Assembly (NCBI RefSeq): GCF_009914755.1
Contig: NC_060937.1
Origin: the human T2T-CHM13v2.0 reference genome, Homo sapiens
DNA: 64,000 bases
Strand: one strand, 5' to 3'
Position 1 is the stretch's first letter. Every line of letters begins with the position of its first letter. Below the pieces are notes generated by a model that saw nothing but the letters and a program-made list of their open reading frames with translations, was not told where the DNA came from and did not search any database. The position numbers and the translations under genes were made by a program. Below are positions 1-41,650 of this stretch, one piece after another.

Positions 1-126
1 CTCAGCCTGGGCGTTGCTCGTTGAACCCTGACTTTTAACCAGTCCTCCCCTTGAGGGTGGGAGAGCTCCATTCCGGTGCCATCATCTCACCTTCTCTGAG
101 CTTCTAGGATCGGAAACTCCCATCTA

Positions 127-580
<454 letters not shown>

Positions 581-700
581 TTAAAAATTAAAAAAAAAAA
601 AAAACAAAAAAAAAAAAACGGCCAGGTACAGTGGCTCATGCCTGTAATCCCAGCACTTTGGGAGGCTGAAGTGGGTGGATCACCTGAGGTCGGGAATTCA

Positions 701-949
<249 letters not shown>

Positions 950-971
950 TTAGACCCTTAACTGTGCAAAG

Positions 972-1120
972 TGTAGTCTTTCTCTAACAGTGTTAGCATC
1001 AGCTGGGAGTTGACAAAGATGTAGAATCTCAGGTCCCACTGAGACCTACTCATCAGAATCTGCATTTTAAACAAGATCTCCAGGCAATCCAAATACAGGT
1101 TATATTCGAGAAGCCCTGCT
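972..1120. mobile_element. MER5-type hAT-Charlie MITE
   Basis: GAATCTCAGGTCCCAC..GACCTACT.ATCAGAATCTGCATTTTAACAAGATCTCCAGG. Confidence 0.75.
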
Positions 1121-2085
1121 TTAAAGCAGCAAGCAGGTTCAATAGAACATGGGCCTGCATTCTTAAACACAGTCAATTAGCAGGATATATACTTGATTTG
1201 CTTCTGCAGATCTATTTTGATGATATGCTTTTTTTCTCTGAACCATTCGCCTGGCATGAGCCACCACGTCTGCAGTCGCAGAAGTTTGGGAGGCGAGGGA
1301 GGAGGATCACTTGAGGCCATGAGTTCAAGACTAACCTGGGCAACATATTGAGATGCCTTCCCAATAAAAAGAAAAAATGTGGCTGGCACTGTGGCTCACG
1401 CCTGTAATCCCAGCACATTTGCAGCCAAAAAACAAGAAGTGAGTAATACAATCGCAAAAGAGGAAAGGAAAATGAATGCGTTCCAAGATTTAGAACTCAA
1501 CTTCAGAACTATACTCACTGTCCTGCAAATCACTTAAGAGAAGAATGTATTTGACCTTAAAAACAAATACAAATAACTGGTACAAGTTGATCACAGAGAC
1601 GTTCTCCAAGACCCTATCAAGGGGCCCGATACCCCTTGCAGGCCATTTGGGTACTGTTTACTACATAGTTCCTGGAAAGCGCATGCCTTCTCTACACCTA
1701 AGGGACAACAGGACAGCCACAAGAATGTAAAAGAAAGGCTGCGTTAAGAGGGCATTTAATTGACCTATGTCCTTTGCCCCATCTCATTTCGGCAAGAGGA
1801 CAAGGACAGCAGGGGGCAGCAATCAGCATAGAGCTATACAGGGTTAGGACATTACCCACACATCTTGGCTAAGACATTTTTCTGGATGAGATCGATGTTC
1901 CTCACAGACAGATCAATGTCTTACTAAATAATCTGTAGATAGCACATAACATTGCAATTCTGCTTATCATATTGTGAAACAAAATAGATAAGATCAAATG
2001 TTCTTTTCCCAAGCATTTCCCAAGAATAAATTTCCTTTAAAAAAAATTTTTTTTAAAGAATTTCTTGGCTGGATGCTGTGGCTCA

Positions 2086-2372
<287 letters not shown>

Positions 2373-2604
2373 TTAAAAAAGAAATTTCTTGCTACACTAA
2401 CAAGAATGAAATGAAAACTTTCTAAATTTTATCTTTAACATGATATCCAACTAAAAAACAAGACACTTAAAAAATCCCAAATAGACCCAGTGCGGTGGCT
2501 CACGCCTGTAATCCCAGCACTTTGGGAGGCTGAGGTGAGTGGATCACCTGAGGTCAGGAGTTTGAGATCAGACTGGCCAACATGATGAAACCCTGTCTCT
2601 ACTA

Positions 2605-2835
<231 letters not shown>

Positions 2836-3444
2836 TTAAAAAAAAAAAAAAAAGAAAAAGGAAAAAAAATCCTAGATATTCTTTTCACTATTTGTTTTAC
2901 ATTTTGCCAGCCACTCACTGCTTTCTATATACTTATATATGTGTCTGTGTGTATAGGTTTAACTTAATAGACTTAACTTGTTTCTTTTTTTCTTTTTTTT
3001 GAGACGGAGTCTCACTCTTGCCTCTCAGGTTGGAGTGCAGTGGCGTGACATCGGCTCACCAAACATCCCCCTCTGGGCTTCAAGCTATTCTCCTGCCTCA
3101 GCCTCCCAAGTAGCTGTGATTACAGGCCCGCACCACTATGCCAGGCTAATTTTTTTATTTTTAGTAGAGATGGGGTTTCACCATGTTGTCCAGGCTGGTC
3201 TCGAACTCCTGACCTCAGGTGATCCTCCCACCTCGGCCTCCCAAAGTGCTGGGATTACAGGCATGAGCCACTGCACCCAACCAACTTTACTTTTTAGAGA
3301 GTTTTAGACTTACAGGAAAATTGAGCAGAAGACACAGAAAGATGCCATATATGCCCTTCCCTCCACACACAGTTTCCCTTATTATTAACATCTTGTATAG
3401 GTGTGATATGTTTGTTACAATTGATGAACCAATTTTAAAGTTCA

Positions 3445-3624
<180 letters not shown>

Positions 3625-3826
3625 TCAGGAGGCTAAGACAGGAGAATTACTTTAACCTGGGAAACAGAAGTTTCAGTGAGCCAAGACCAGGCCACTGCAC
3701 TCCAGCCTGGATGACAGAGCGAGATAGTTCGCATTAGGGTTTTTTGTGTTATACATCCTATGAGATTTGACAGATATATAATGTCATGTATTGATGCCCT
3801 AACTGTATTTTTAGTTCATTATTTCA

Positions 3827-3994
<168 letters not shown>

Positions 3995-4240
3995 TTAGCT
4001 GGGTGTGGTGGCACGCGCCTGTAGTCCCAGCTACTTGGGAGGACTGGGGTGGGGGGATTACTTGAGCTTGGAAGGTCGAGGCTACAGTGAGACAAGATTG
4101 TGCCACTCTACTCCAGCCTGGGTGACAGAGAGAGACCCTGACTCACAAAAAAAAAAGGTTTACAATAAACATGAACAGAAACTTGAAACAAAATTCCAAA
4201 TGAACCACATTTTATGTCAAGAAGGTATTCCTCCACTTAC

Positions 4241-4443
4241 CTGTTTTGTAAATCAAAATGTGGCTGGCAATTCAGGGAGCTGTGCTTAAAGACCCAGAGA
4301 CAGGAAATGTTCCCTGGGGCATCGACCAGCACTTGCAGTGTGATGGAAGCAGATACATCCACTTCCACAGCGGCAGCTTCGTACACTGTCCCTGAGCTCT
4401 GGGGTCTCAACGCACACCCGAGGTCTTCCGGGGATTCTGATAC
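4241..4443 (-). CDS. FLT3: FLT3 exon 3 (203 nt; VSESPEDLGCALRPQSSGTVYEAAAVEVDVSASITLQVLVDAPGNISCLWVFKHSSLNCQPHFDLQN(R)), start of Ig-like ectodomain
   Basis: Acceptor AG 4445-4444 and donor CAG/GTAAGT (4240-4235). Open in phase 0 and matches the FLT3 protein. Absent from the ORF track because it is an internal exon. Confidence 0.98.
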
Positions 4444-4671
4444 CTACGTTGCAGATAGAACAAAGTGAATTCATGAAAACTGCAGGTCTAAGGCCTCCCC
4501 TTCTTCACATCAAAACTTTATCAAACATATGCATGCTGACACACTGCACGCAACACCCACACAAGCTGGAACCCACTGAGAACACGTTGCCGACTGAAGG
4601 TCCTATTAATTATAATTCTCTAAAGAAAAGATAAATAACATTGGGCTGCATTTCTAAAATGTTGTACGGAC

Positions 4672-5380
<709 letters not shown>

Positions 5381-6499
5381 GACCGTAATTATAAAATCTA
5401 TAATATATAGGTAAATATTTTTGTGATTGTTGGTATATAGATAAAAATTTATAAACAATGGTAAATTGGTATCTGTGTTAGAGGAAATTTAAAAACCAAA
5501 TTTTCTGGGCAGATGTCCCCATAGCCACACTGCCACCACACTTCTTGCCTGCTTTAAATAATTGAGATATATGAGGCCAGGCGCCATGGCTCACGCCTGT
5601 AATTCCAGCACTTTGGGAGGCTGAAGTGGGCAGATCACTTGAGGTCAGGAGTTCGAGACCAGCCTGGCCAACATGGTGAAACCCCATCTCTACTGAAAAT
5701 ACAAAAAATTAGCTGGGTGTGGTGGTAGGCGCCTGTAATCCCAGCTACTCAGGAGGCTGAGGCAGGAGAATCACTTGAACCTGGGAGATGGAGGTTGCAA
5801 TGAGCCTAGATCCCGCCAATGCACTCCAGCCTGAGGGACGGAGTCAGACTCTGTCTCAAAAAATTAATTAATTAATTAATTAAGATATATTGAGAGCAGG
5901 GGTTGGAGCAGCTTCTGCTGTGGAGTCCCCCACCTCCTATCTCCTTTACATGGCTGAACACAGCATGCACACATGCACACACATGAGCACACACATATTT
6001 CTTCAGGTGAAGAGCAGGGTAGCTCTTCTGCTACCAGTCAAAAACCATATTTCTGGTCTTATTTGTTCACTTAGTAAGTATATGGTAAGTGCAAGACCAT
6101 CTGCTGAGTACTATGAGACTAGAAAAAAAAAAAGACTAATCTTGCCCTTAAAGAGTTTGAGTCTCCTAGGAATAAATAAGTAAAACACAGGAGAAATACA
6201 AGTGTCCCATAAAAAGATACCAAATACTTTGAAATGTAAATTGTAAGTGCCCTGGAACTTCAAAGGAGGGAGAAGAGATTTCTAAGCCGGATGTTTAAGT
6301 TTTTCACCCAAGTCCAGTAATTGAGCTGGATCATAAAAGATGGGCACAAGATAAAGTAAAAAATAATAGACAAGTCAAGCATGGTGGTACATGCCTGTAG
6401 TTCCAGCTACTCAGGAGGCTGAGGTGGAAGGATCACTTGAGCCCAGGAGTTCAAGTCCAGCCTGGAGAACATAGCAAGACCCCGTCCCAAAACAAAAAA

Positions 6500-9615
<3,116 letters not shown>

Positions 9616-11117
9616 TCGTTCTTGTTGCCAGGCTGGAGTGCAATGCATGATTTCAGCTCACCGCAACCTCCGCCTCTGGGGTTCAAGCGATTCTCCTGCC
9701 TCAGCCTCTTGAGTAGCTGGGATTACAGGCATGCGCCACCACGCCTGGTTTATTTTGTATTTTTAGCAGAGACGGAATTTCTCCATGTTGGCCAGGCTGG
9801 TCTCGAACTCCCAACCTCAGGTGATCCACCTGCCTGGGCCTCCCAAAATGCTGGGATTACAGGCGTGAGCCACTGTGCCCAGCCCCTGTAAAAAGTTTTT
9901 AAAAATTAAAGCTGGGTACAATCCACAATCTGGATAGACAAATCTGCGGGCTTCAGAGAAGAGAGAATAGCATGATAAATGCACAGTACAGAGGGAGTGG
10001 GCTCCACCGCTGGCAGTCCGGGAATAGCTTGAGCCAGGCTGACCAGGAGCCAAGGGATGTTCTTGAAGGCCAGGCCACGTTCTTCACCACCTGGCAGAGC
10101 TGAGTCCCACAGAGCCATGAAGGCACTGGAATTTAAGAGACTGTGATATCTCAAAATCACAATGTTAAAAAAAAATACAACTTTTGTAATAACACTGAAA
10201 TTCAGTCTGTTGATCTTCTTATAACAAGTATAGCTAACTAATGAGGACATGAAATCACTAACACAGTTGTTGTCTGCTTACGTAAGTAAAACAGCTGCAC
10301 AAGCTGTGAAAAGTCCAGAGAAAGCACGTAAAATGATCCATCACACAAAGTCCACCATTCTTTCCCAAATCCTTGTTACAGAAAACCAACCAACAAACAA
10401 ACAAATCAACAACTCATTCTCTAGAAGTACAGGGTGGGACATGGCAAATAAAGAAAATGAGCTGGCTTGTGCAGGCCACCTGCCTGAAATATGAGGTCAT
10501 GATTGTCAAACACATTTGGTCAACTCCAGTAACTTCAGTTCTTCACAAAGAGAAAACCAGTCATTAAACCATAGTGGAGACTTTTTGTTTTTATTATTTT
10601 TGTTTTTATTATGTTTTGTTTTGTTTTGTTTTGTTTTGTTTAGACTGTGCCGCAATGGCACAAGATCTGTTCAGGAGGAATGTGACATTAAATGCAGCTT
10701 TGACTTTCTGGAGGAAGGGAGGTATAAATGAACCTATTTGGTAAGGAGAGATAATTTTAGAGTTATGGTGGATTGCCTGCCTATGCTCTCTAATCACTGA
10801 CAGGAAAAAAAAAACAGTACATCTCACTCAGCTGCTGTGAATACTTGGTGCCTTAGTATAGTCATCTCTTAAAAGCAAATTTGAAGAATATGGAATAGTT
10901 GGTGATATGGTTTGGATGTGTGTCCCCTCCAAAGCTCATGTTGAAACGCGATTCCCAGCCAGGTGCAGTGAGTGGCTCATGCCTGTAATCCCAGCACTTT
11001 GGGAGGCCAAGGTGGGCGGATAACCTGAGGTCAGGAGTTCGAGACCCATCTGGCTAACATGGCAAAACCCGTCTCTACAAAAAAAAAATCTATGATATAT
11101 ATCATATATATATATGA

Positions 11118-11327
<210 letters not shown>

Positions 11328-12157
11328 TGATAGACACGGGGTTTCACCATGTTCCTCAGGCTGGTCTCAAACTCCTCAGCTCAAGCGATCCACCCACCTT
11401 GGCCTCCCAAAGTGCTGGGATTACAGGTGTGAGCTACTGTACCTGGCTGATTTCTACTATTTTCAGTTCTCCATCACTTAAGCTTCCCTTGAGTAAATTT
11501 ACTAAATATATGTTTTTAAAATAGAGGGGTAGGAATAGCACAAGAGAGGGGGTAATGAAAAACAAGACGAACAGCGTAAAAGAGAGGAGTCATGAAAAAC
11601 AAAGTCGGAACTTGAAGGAGCCAGAGCCAGATTACTGAGCAATCTTGGTATCAGTCTAAGTAATGGGAAATCATGGAGGGTTCAGAGCCAGGCAATGAAG
11701 GATGTGCCTGCTTCAGGGAGGCTAGCCCAGCAGCTACCTCTGAGATGAATTGTAGCAGGAAGAGGCCACTTAGGATATCACTGTGATTATGAGGGAGTTA
11801 ACGAGGGCTTGACTTAGGGAAGTGGCAGTGAGACTAGAGAATATGAGATGATTATATGAGAACTCCTAAAGGGGATCGACAACACTTGGTAACTGACCAA
11901 ATGTGAAAGTAATAGAAAGAAAGTAGTCCAAAATGATGCTGAGCTTTCAAGCCTGGGAACTAAACAGGGGTATAAACAGAAATCAATAAATACAAGAATA
12001 AGAGCAGGCTTGGGGAAATAGAAATGAAATAAAATAAATGACATAGGTGGATTTTGATGTGCAAATGGAAAATCTACCTATATACTGGGGGCAGCTGGAA
12101 GTGAGGGATTCAGGCTTGGAAGAAAAGCCAGGATTCTCTTTAAGGAGAAAAGGAAAT

Positions 12158-12815
<658 letters not shown>

Positions 12816-13062
12816 TACTCATTACTTCATGCTAGTTATCAATCAGTGTCCTTCCTAAATCCTCATATGAAGAATACGGTTCTTGAAGGAATGGAGTGCC
12901 AGGGAGCTAGGAGTATAGATGCTCTGTTGGTACCAGATGTGAGGACATAATATACTTAAATACATAAAGAGAAGCCCATTTAGCCATGGTAGGCTTCAAT
13001 AACTTACAAATTACGTTCTCTAGAGAAAAACAGCTAAAGGTATAATTTTAATGTTACTTTAC

Positions 13063-13184
13063 CATGGGATATGATGATGACTTCCCCACTGATGAATCAT
13101 TGTTCTTATGATTGATTAAAACACACTTGATCACAGGCAGATCTTGATTTGTAATAGTCCCAAATATCATTGCAGAAAAAACAA
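13063..13184 (-). CDS. FLT3: FLT3 exon 2 (122 nt; VVFSAMIFGTITNQDLPVIKCVLINHKNNDSSVGKSSSYPM)
   Basis: Acceptor TTTTGTTTTACAG (AG 13186-13185) and donor ATG/GTAAAG (13062). Continues the exon 1 frame; 43+122=165 nt, ending at Met55. Confidence 0.98.
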
Positions 13185-13371
13185 CTGTAAAACAAAATAA
13201 AAATGATAATGTTGATACATGCACACCTTAAAAAGAAAACATGCATTTATCTTGCAACCAAACAACAAAACAAAGTGTAATCAGAGGAAATTGGCCACTA
13301 TGAAAGTATGTAGGAAATTTGATTTTATGCAAGTTTAGTCTAGTTTAAATCAGGAGCAGAGATACTTAGAG

Positions 13372-18670
<5,299 letters not shown>

Positions 18671-18852
18671 TTCATAGCAATTTTCTCATATACAATGCAT
18701 TTTTAAAATATGAGCATTTTGACATTTATTTATTCATCCATCCATGCAATTAACAAATATTAAGTACCTACAATGGCCCCAAAAAGAGAAAATATATTAC
18801 AAAACATAATCAAATGCTGACATTTATTTTATTTCATTTTACACAATACATT

Positions 18853-19215
18853 TGTAGTAGCCTTCTCCAGAGGGACAAAACCAATAGGATATATATACAT
18901 ATATTTCATATATTTGTATATGAAAGGGAATTTTTTAGAGAGAATTGGCTCATGTGATTACAAAGGCGAAGTTCCAGGACAAGCTGTCTGCAAGCCAGAA
19001 AATGAGAAAGAAAAGCCAGTAACGTGTCCCAGTCCAAGACCAAAAGCCTCAAAACCAAGGAAGCCAACAATGCAACCCCAGTCTGAGGCCAAAGGCCTGA
19101 GAGCCCCCAGAAGGCTGCTGGTGCAAGTGTCAGAGTCCAAGAGCCAAAGAACCTGGAGTCTGATGTCCAAAGGCAGGAGGAGAAAAGGTGTTCTACTCCA
19201 GAAGGCAGAGAGAAG
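18853..19215 (-). mobile_element. MLT2 (ERVL) LTR fragment
   Basis: TTCTCCAGAGGGACAAAACCAATAGGA...GTCTGAGGCCAAAGGCCTGAGAGCCCC...AAGAACCTGGAGTCTGATGTCC. Confidence 0.75.
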
Positions 19216-19511
19216 GCAGTGTTTGTAGCATGAGTGAGGACTGTAATCTCAGCACTTTCGGAGGCCAAGGTGGGAGGATTGCTTGAGCCCAGGAATTCGA
19301 GACCAGCCTGGGCAACACAGTGAAACTCTGTCTCTACAAAAAATACAAAATTAGCCAGGTGTGGTAGCATGTATCTGTAGTCCCAGCTACTCAGGAAACT
19401 GAGGCAGGAAGATCACCTCAACCCAGGGAGGTCAAGGCTGCAGTGAGCTGTGATCATGCCACTGCACTTCAGCTTGGATGACAGAGTGAGACCCTGTCTC
19501 TGGGTGACAGA

Positions 19512-19730
19512 GCGAGAGGGAAGGAAGGAAGGAAAGAAGGAAGGGAGGGAGGGAGGGAGGGAAGAGACAGACAGAAAGGAAGGAAGGAAGGAAGGAAAAG
19601 AAAGAGAGAGAGAGAGGAAGGAAGGAAGGGAAAGAAGAAAGAAAAGAAAGAAAGAAAGAAAAAGAGAAAGAAAGAAAGAGAGAGAGAAAGAAAGAGAAAA
19701 AGAAAGAAAAAGAAAACAAAAGAAAAGAGA
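19512..19730 (+). repeat. Polypurine (GGAA/GAAA/GA)n low-complexity tract
   Basis: About 220 nt almost entirely A/G, following an AluJ. Confidence 0.95.
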
Positions 19731-19814
19731 GTTTTATTTGGCTCACAGTTACATAGTGTGTGTGAGAAGCATGATGCTAGCATCTGCTTCTGGTGAGGAA
19801 CTCAGGAAGCTTCA

Positions 19815-22440
<2,626 letters not shown>

Positions 22441-22601
22441 CTTCCACTCATGACAGAAGGGGAAAGGGAGCAGCCATCACATAGTGAGAAAGGAAGGAAG
22501 AGAGAGGAGGGGGATGCCAGGCTCTTTTTCACAATCATGTCTTGTAGGAACTAGTAAAATGAGAACTCACTCATTCCCACAGGATGACATCAAGCCACTC
22601 A

Positions 22602-22971
<370 letters not shown>

Positions 22972-23099
22972 TTAGGGATCAAATTTCAACATGAGATTTA
23001 GAGCAAAAAATATCCAAACTATATCAACATTATTGTCAGCTATAGTCATCATGCTGTACAATAGATATCCAGAACTTACCCTCCTAACTGAAACTTTGT

Positions 23100-33219
<10,120 letters not shown>

Positions 33220-33712
33220 TCAGGAGGCTGAGGTGGGAGGATCACTGAAGCCCGCAAAGTGAAGCCTGCAGTGAGCCAAGATCATGCCACTGCACTCCAG
33301 CCTGGGTGACAGAGTGAGACCTGTCCGCCCCTGCCCCCTCAACAAAAGAACAAAGCCAAAGGAAATTTGCCACCATCAATATTAAGGTTCTTTCCAAAAA
33401 TTCATTCTAAAACCTTAATGGAAATTCCCAGAATCCAGTTCCAAACACATTCTGAGCGGTGAGGACAACTTTGGAATTGAAAAAGAGCTCTCAAAGTGGT
33501 ACACTTTGAAGGGACAGTACTGGGATGGGGGTGGGGGTAAGTAAAACAAAAGTTGACATTAATCTAAAACTTTAAAGAGTTGTGGCTTTATTTTACACAT
33601 CATGAAACAAACCAGAGGATGTCAAGACACTTCATTTTCAAGCTCTCTTCTGTGAGGCAAAGAGTTGGAGACCAGAGTTCCAAGTCCCTCTTCTGAAAGT
33701 TATCAGCTTTGA

Positions 33713-34071
<359 letters not shown>

Positions 34072-34181
34072 CCCCATTTTCTTCCTGTGGTAAATGAGGG
34101 CAGTAGACTGGGTAACTCCAAGGTTTCATTCTCTGAACTCATTCATTCAATGTTCTTTCTCTATAAATTCTCATAATTTTA

Positions 34182-34688
<507 letters not shown>

Positions 34689-34689
34689 T

Positions 34690-36480
<1,791 letters not shown>

Positions 36481-37773
36481 GGAATTAAAAAAGAAGGGAG
36501 GGAAGGAGAGAGGCAGGCAAATCTTGTGACTCCAAATCCTAATGTCTTCAGACTTCATATATTTTTCTTTCTGCAAAACACGTGCCTAACAAGGAGTGCA
36601 GCTGTGCTTTACAAGTATTATCTGATGAAGGAGTAAGATACTGCTTATCTCCTTTTTACAAATGAGGAACTTAAGTGCAGAGACATTCTCTGCCACAGAA
36701 AACAGCACGTTTCTTAAATGTGTTTTTAGTCCTAATATATCTATGGGCATTACCTCCAAGAACATAATATCAAACATTAGGAAAAGCATAACTCAAATAA
36801 CAAAATATTCCAAGACCGAATTCAGTGACTATCTTATACACTGTCTTATACACTAAAGCCTGCTTTAGCATAGACTGTAAATAATTGTATGGAAGATTCT
36901 TGGCTACCAATTGACCTTATAATGACAGCAGTAAAAAAATGTATATTTTTTTACTGTTTAACCTAAAAAAAAATGGTTCCTCTTTTAGGATCTTATGCAA
37001 TTTCTGTGGCCACAAAAGAACACTGTGTGCACTTTATATATTTTTTTCCTTTCTTTTTTCTTTTTTTAGAGATAGCATCTTGCTCTGTCACCCACGTTAG
37101 AGTACAGTGGCATGGTCGTAGCTCACTGCAGCCTCAAATTCCTGGGCTCAAGCTATCCTCTTATCTCAGCCTCCTGAGTAGCTGAGGCTACAGGCATGTG
37201 CCTCTACGCTCAGTTAATTTTTAAATTTTTTTGTAGAGACTGGGTCTCGCTGTATTGCCCAGGCTGGTCTTGAACTCCTGGGCTCCAGTGATCCTCCCAC
37301 CTAGGCCTCCCAAAGTGCTGGGGATACAGGTGTGAACCACTGCACTCTGCCTACTTTTATATTATTTTAAAATTTCCTTCACATGTGTTGGTACTCATAG
37401 AACAGAATTGCGTGAGTCAAATTAGTGACCAGTAGTGACTTCTACAAAAGCTTTCATTACTTCAAAACCACTGATAATGCAGCCATAGAAAGTATCAACC
37501 AAGAATAACTAAATCACTTAGGTATAAAACTCGCAGATTCCCCAAAGACAGAAAAATCTTCGACCCTATAACTGTGACTACCTGAGAAGTGGATACAGCT
37601 TTTCTGGAAGTCATAGAAAAACATCTTAAGATCACAAAGTCTCCTGATAAAAACCAAAAAGCTTGCAGGTGAGCAGTCTGGGTATATAAGAAAAAACAAA
37701 AAACCAAAAAGCTCTACTCAGACAAACCACCTACTGTGAAGTTCACAAGAATTTGCTATTTCAGAGGGAATAA

Positions 37774-37950
<177 letters not shown>

Positions 37951-39039
37951 TGAGTAGCTGGAACTACAGGCGTGCGCCACCACACCCAGCTAATTTTTGT
38001 ATTTTTAGTAGAGACAGGGTTTTATCACGTTGGCCAGGATGGTCTTGATCTCTTGACCTCGTGATCTGCCCACCTTGGCCTCCCAAAGTGCTGGGATTAC
38101 AGGCATGAGCCACCTTGCCCGGCCCCCTCTCCAAATTCTTACTCCTGTTATCTACAAGATCCCTTTCAAAGTTAAGAAAAATGATAAAATACAATACTCT
38201 TGAGATTATTTGCTTTTTGTCAAATCAAAATCTTTGCCCAAAGATTAAGGCAATGTCTGGTAGGTATGTGGGGAGGCAGCAAGACTGTAATCTTGAACTT
38301 GAATGATAGGGGTTAGTTACTGTCACCCTGCTTGCCGAGTGTCATGCAAGGATGAGATGAGAGGAACACAAAGAACCGTGGATATGTTGTTGAAGCCGAG
38401 GCATTTTGTGGGCTTCTCAAATGAGCAGGAATACCCTCCCAGAGTAAAATGTGGTCAATACCTTTGCTTAAAGAATGATTTGGAAAAGTGCTTCTTCCCA
38501 AGACCTAAAAGATGACCATATTTAGCTTTGGAACAGTTTGTTCCTTTTACTTTAAATGGAAGAGCATTTTCTTTCCCATAAGCATTAAATACAGTACTAT
38601 ATCTCCATTTTTAAGTAGTTTTAGGCTGGGCGCACTGGCTCACATGTGTAATCCCAGCACTTTGGGAGGCTGAGGCAGGAGGATTGCTTGAGCTCAGGAG
38701 TTCAAGACCAGCCTAGACAATACAGTGAAACCCCATCTCTACAAAAAATACAAAAATTAGTCGGGTGTCATGGTGCATGCCTGTAGTCCCACAACTCAGG
38801 AGGTTGAGGTAGGAGGCTTGCTTGAGTCCGTAAGGCAGAGGTTGCAGTGAGCCGAGACTGTACCACTGCACTCCAGCCTGGGTGATAGGGCCAGGTCTTG
38901 TCTCAAAAAAAATTTAAAAAGTAGTTTTAGGGGGCAAAAAACTGGGATCCCTTTTCTGACCAGGCTAAAGCTTCCTTCATTGACGCATGCAATTTTTTTT
39001 TTTTTGAGATGGAGTCGCACTCTGTCACCAAGGGTATAG

Positions 39040-39219
<180 letters not shown>

Positions 39220-39511
39220 TGATCTGCCTGCCTCAGCCTCCCAAAGTGCTGGGATTACAGGCATGAGCCATCGCACCCAGCCAGACTCATGCAATTTTTA
39301 ATGTATATTTAGTAATCATAATAACTGTGTTGGAAGGTTTAATAAAAGAAAGCATACTGAAATACTTTTCCTGGGGAAAGGCAATGACCACACATTTCTT
39401 AAAAAAATAAAATTGGTTATTTATACACAAGTTCCCCTACCTCCATCTCTTTAATCTTTGTACTGCTTGTGCCTAGCAAGAAATAGGTATTCTGTCAGGC
39501 ACGGTAGCTCA

Positions 39512-39832
<321 letters not shown>

Positions 39833-40537
39833 TCAATTAAAGTTTGTTAAATAAAAACAGATTTTTTCTTCCTAATGCATGTTTTCTCTTCATTTTTCTT
39901 ATCTGAAGTCTTCCCTTGGAATATAAGTAAGTCTTCCTCCTTCCCATTTAATATCTCATTGCCTGATTGTTTTTCAGTTTAAACAACAGGAGAATCCAAT
40001 AACAAATATTTACCAATAGCTAAGAGTTACTGAAAGTGCCTTCTTAGTTATAAAAAGTTAATCCATTTTTAATGTAAGGCAAGAAGTTCACAATTAAACC
40101 TAAGAGGATAATTTACTATAGATAGACGTGAAGTACCTAAAAAGAAATGAATATCCAATCTACACCTATATAATGGCAAAAATTAGAACTAGAGTTTCAG
40201 AGTCAGAGGGGACATTAATGTCAGGTCGGCAGGTCTGGGCTCACATCCAATCCAAACCAAGCTTTGCTGAGTGTCCCTTCCCTCCACTTTCTCCTGAATC
40301 ATTCCCCCTTGGGCTAGGAGTTTCCAAGAAGGCAAATAAACTAAGATAAGCAACAAGAGCAAAGAATGGCAACTCAAATGTGCAGTTCAAGGCTTTGAAT
40401 ACGAATTTTTTTTAACACTAATGAAAAAGGTAGTATCATAGCTCTTAAAATATTGAAATACTTCTCTCTGTCCAGTATCAGCAGATAATGCAGAAAAGCC
40501 CATTGGGAACATGTTCCTCTCCTTCAAATGCCACTTA

Positions 40538-40894
<357 letters not shown>

Positions 40895-41009
40895 TTACAA
40901 TATAAGGGAAATTGGGATCCCATGTTCTAATTCAAAGAATTTAAGGCTATTAACCATTTTAAAGTTCTCATGTTTAAGCTTCTCACTTTATCCTTCTTTA
41001 TTCAAGAAA

Positions 41010-41650
41010 ATCCATAATACAAAGTATTGGCAAAGATGTGAGGAACTGGAACTGCCATACACTGCTAGTGGGAGTGGAAATTGGTGTAACCACTGTGGAA
41101 AACCGTTTGACGGTATCTACCAAACCTGAACATATCCCTTCCCTATGATCCAGGAATTCTACTTGTGGGCATAATCCTTTATACTGGTGTTTATGTCCAC
41201 CATATATAAAACAATGTTCACAGCAGTGCTATGCATAATTACACAAAATTGGAACAACTTCCATGTGCTTCGTGAACATAATGGATAAAATAAATTATAA
41301 GATCTATTCATACCACGGAATGGTACCAGCAATTAAAAAAAAAAACACTGCTACAGAGAACAAGGTTGAATCTTATTATTATAATGTTGAGTAAAAGAAG
41401 GTGGACATAAAAGAGCACACGATGATGGTTTGGTTTACATGAAGTTCAAACATAGGCAAAAGCAATCCATGGCATCAGAAGTCAGAATAGTGGCTACCTG
41501 GGGAGGGGGTACTGACAGAGAGGGTGGAGCTAGAATTGCTCTATATCTCAGTCTGATCGTGGTTATTTGGGCACGTACATATGTGAAAACTAATGAAATT
41601 GTACTCTTAAGATGTGTGCATATTTACTGTGTGCCAATTATACTTCATTT
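41010..41650 (+). mobile_element. L1ME-type 3' fragment
   Basis: TATTGGCAAAGATGTGAGGAACTGGAAC...AACCACTGTGGAAAACCGTTTG...GAAGTCAGAATAGTGGCTACC. Confidence 0.7.

Noticed and set aside
9990-10140. Possible cryptic exon in intron 2 (acceptor-like TCTCTTAAATTCCAG on the minus strand near 10126)
   Set aside because: No convincing partner donor or coding signal could be identified by eye.
36829-36854. CTGTCTTATACAC, resembling the Tn5/Nextera mosaic end
   Set aside because: Does not match CTGTCTCTTATACACATCT. It is explained by a 12-bp tandem duplication (CTATCTTATACA / CTGTCTTATACA).
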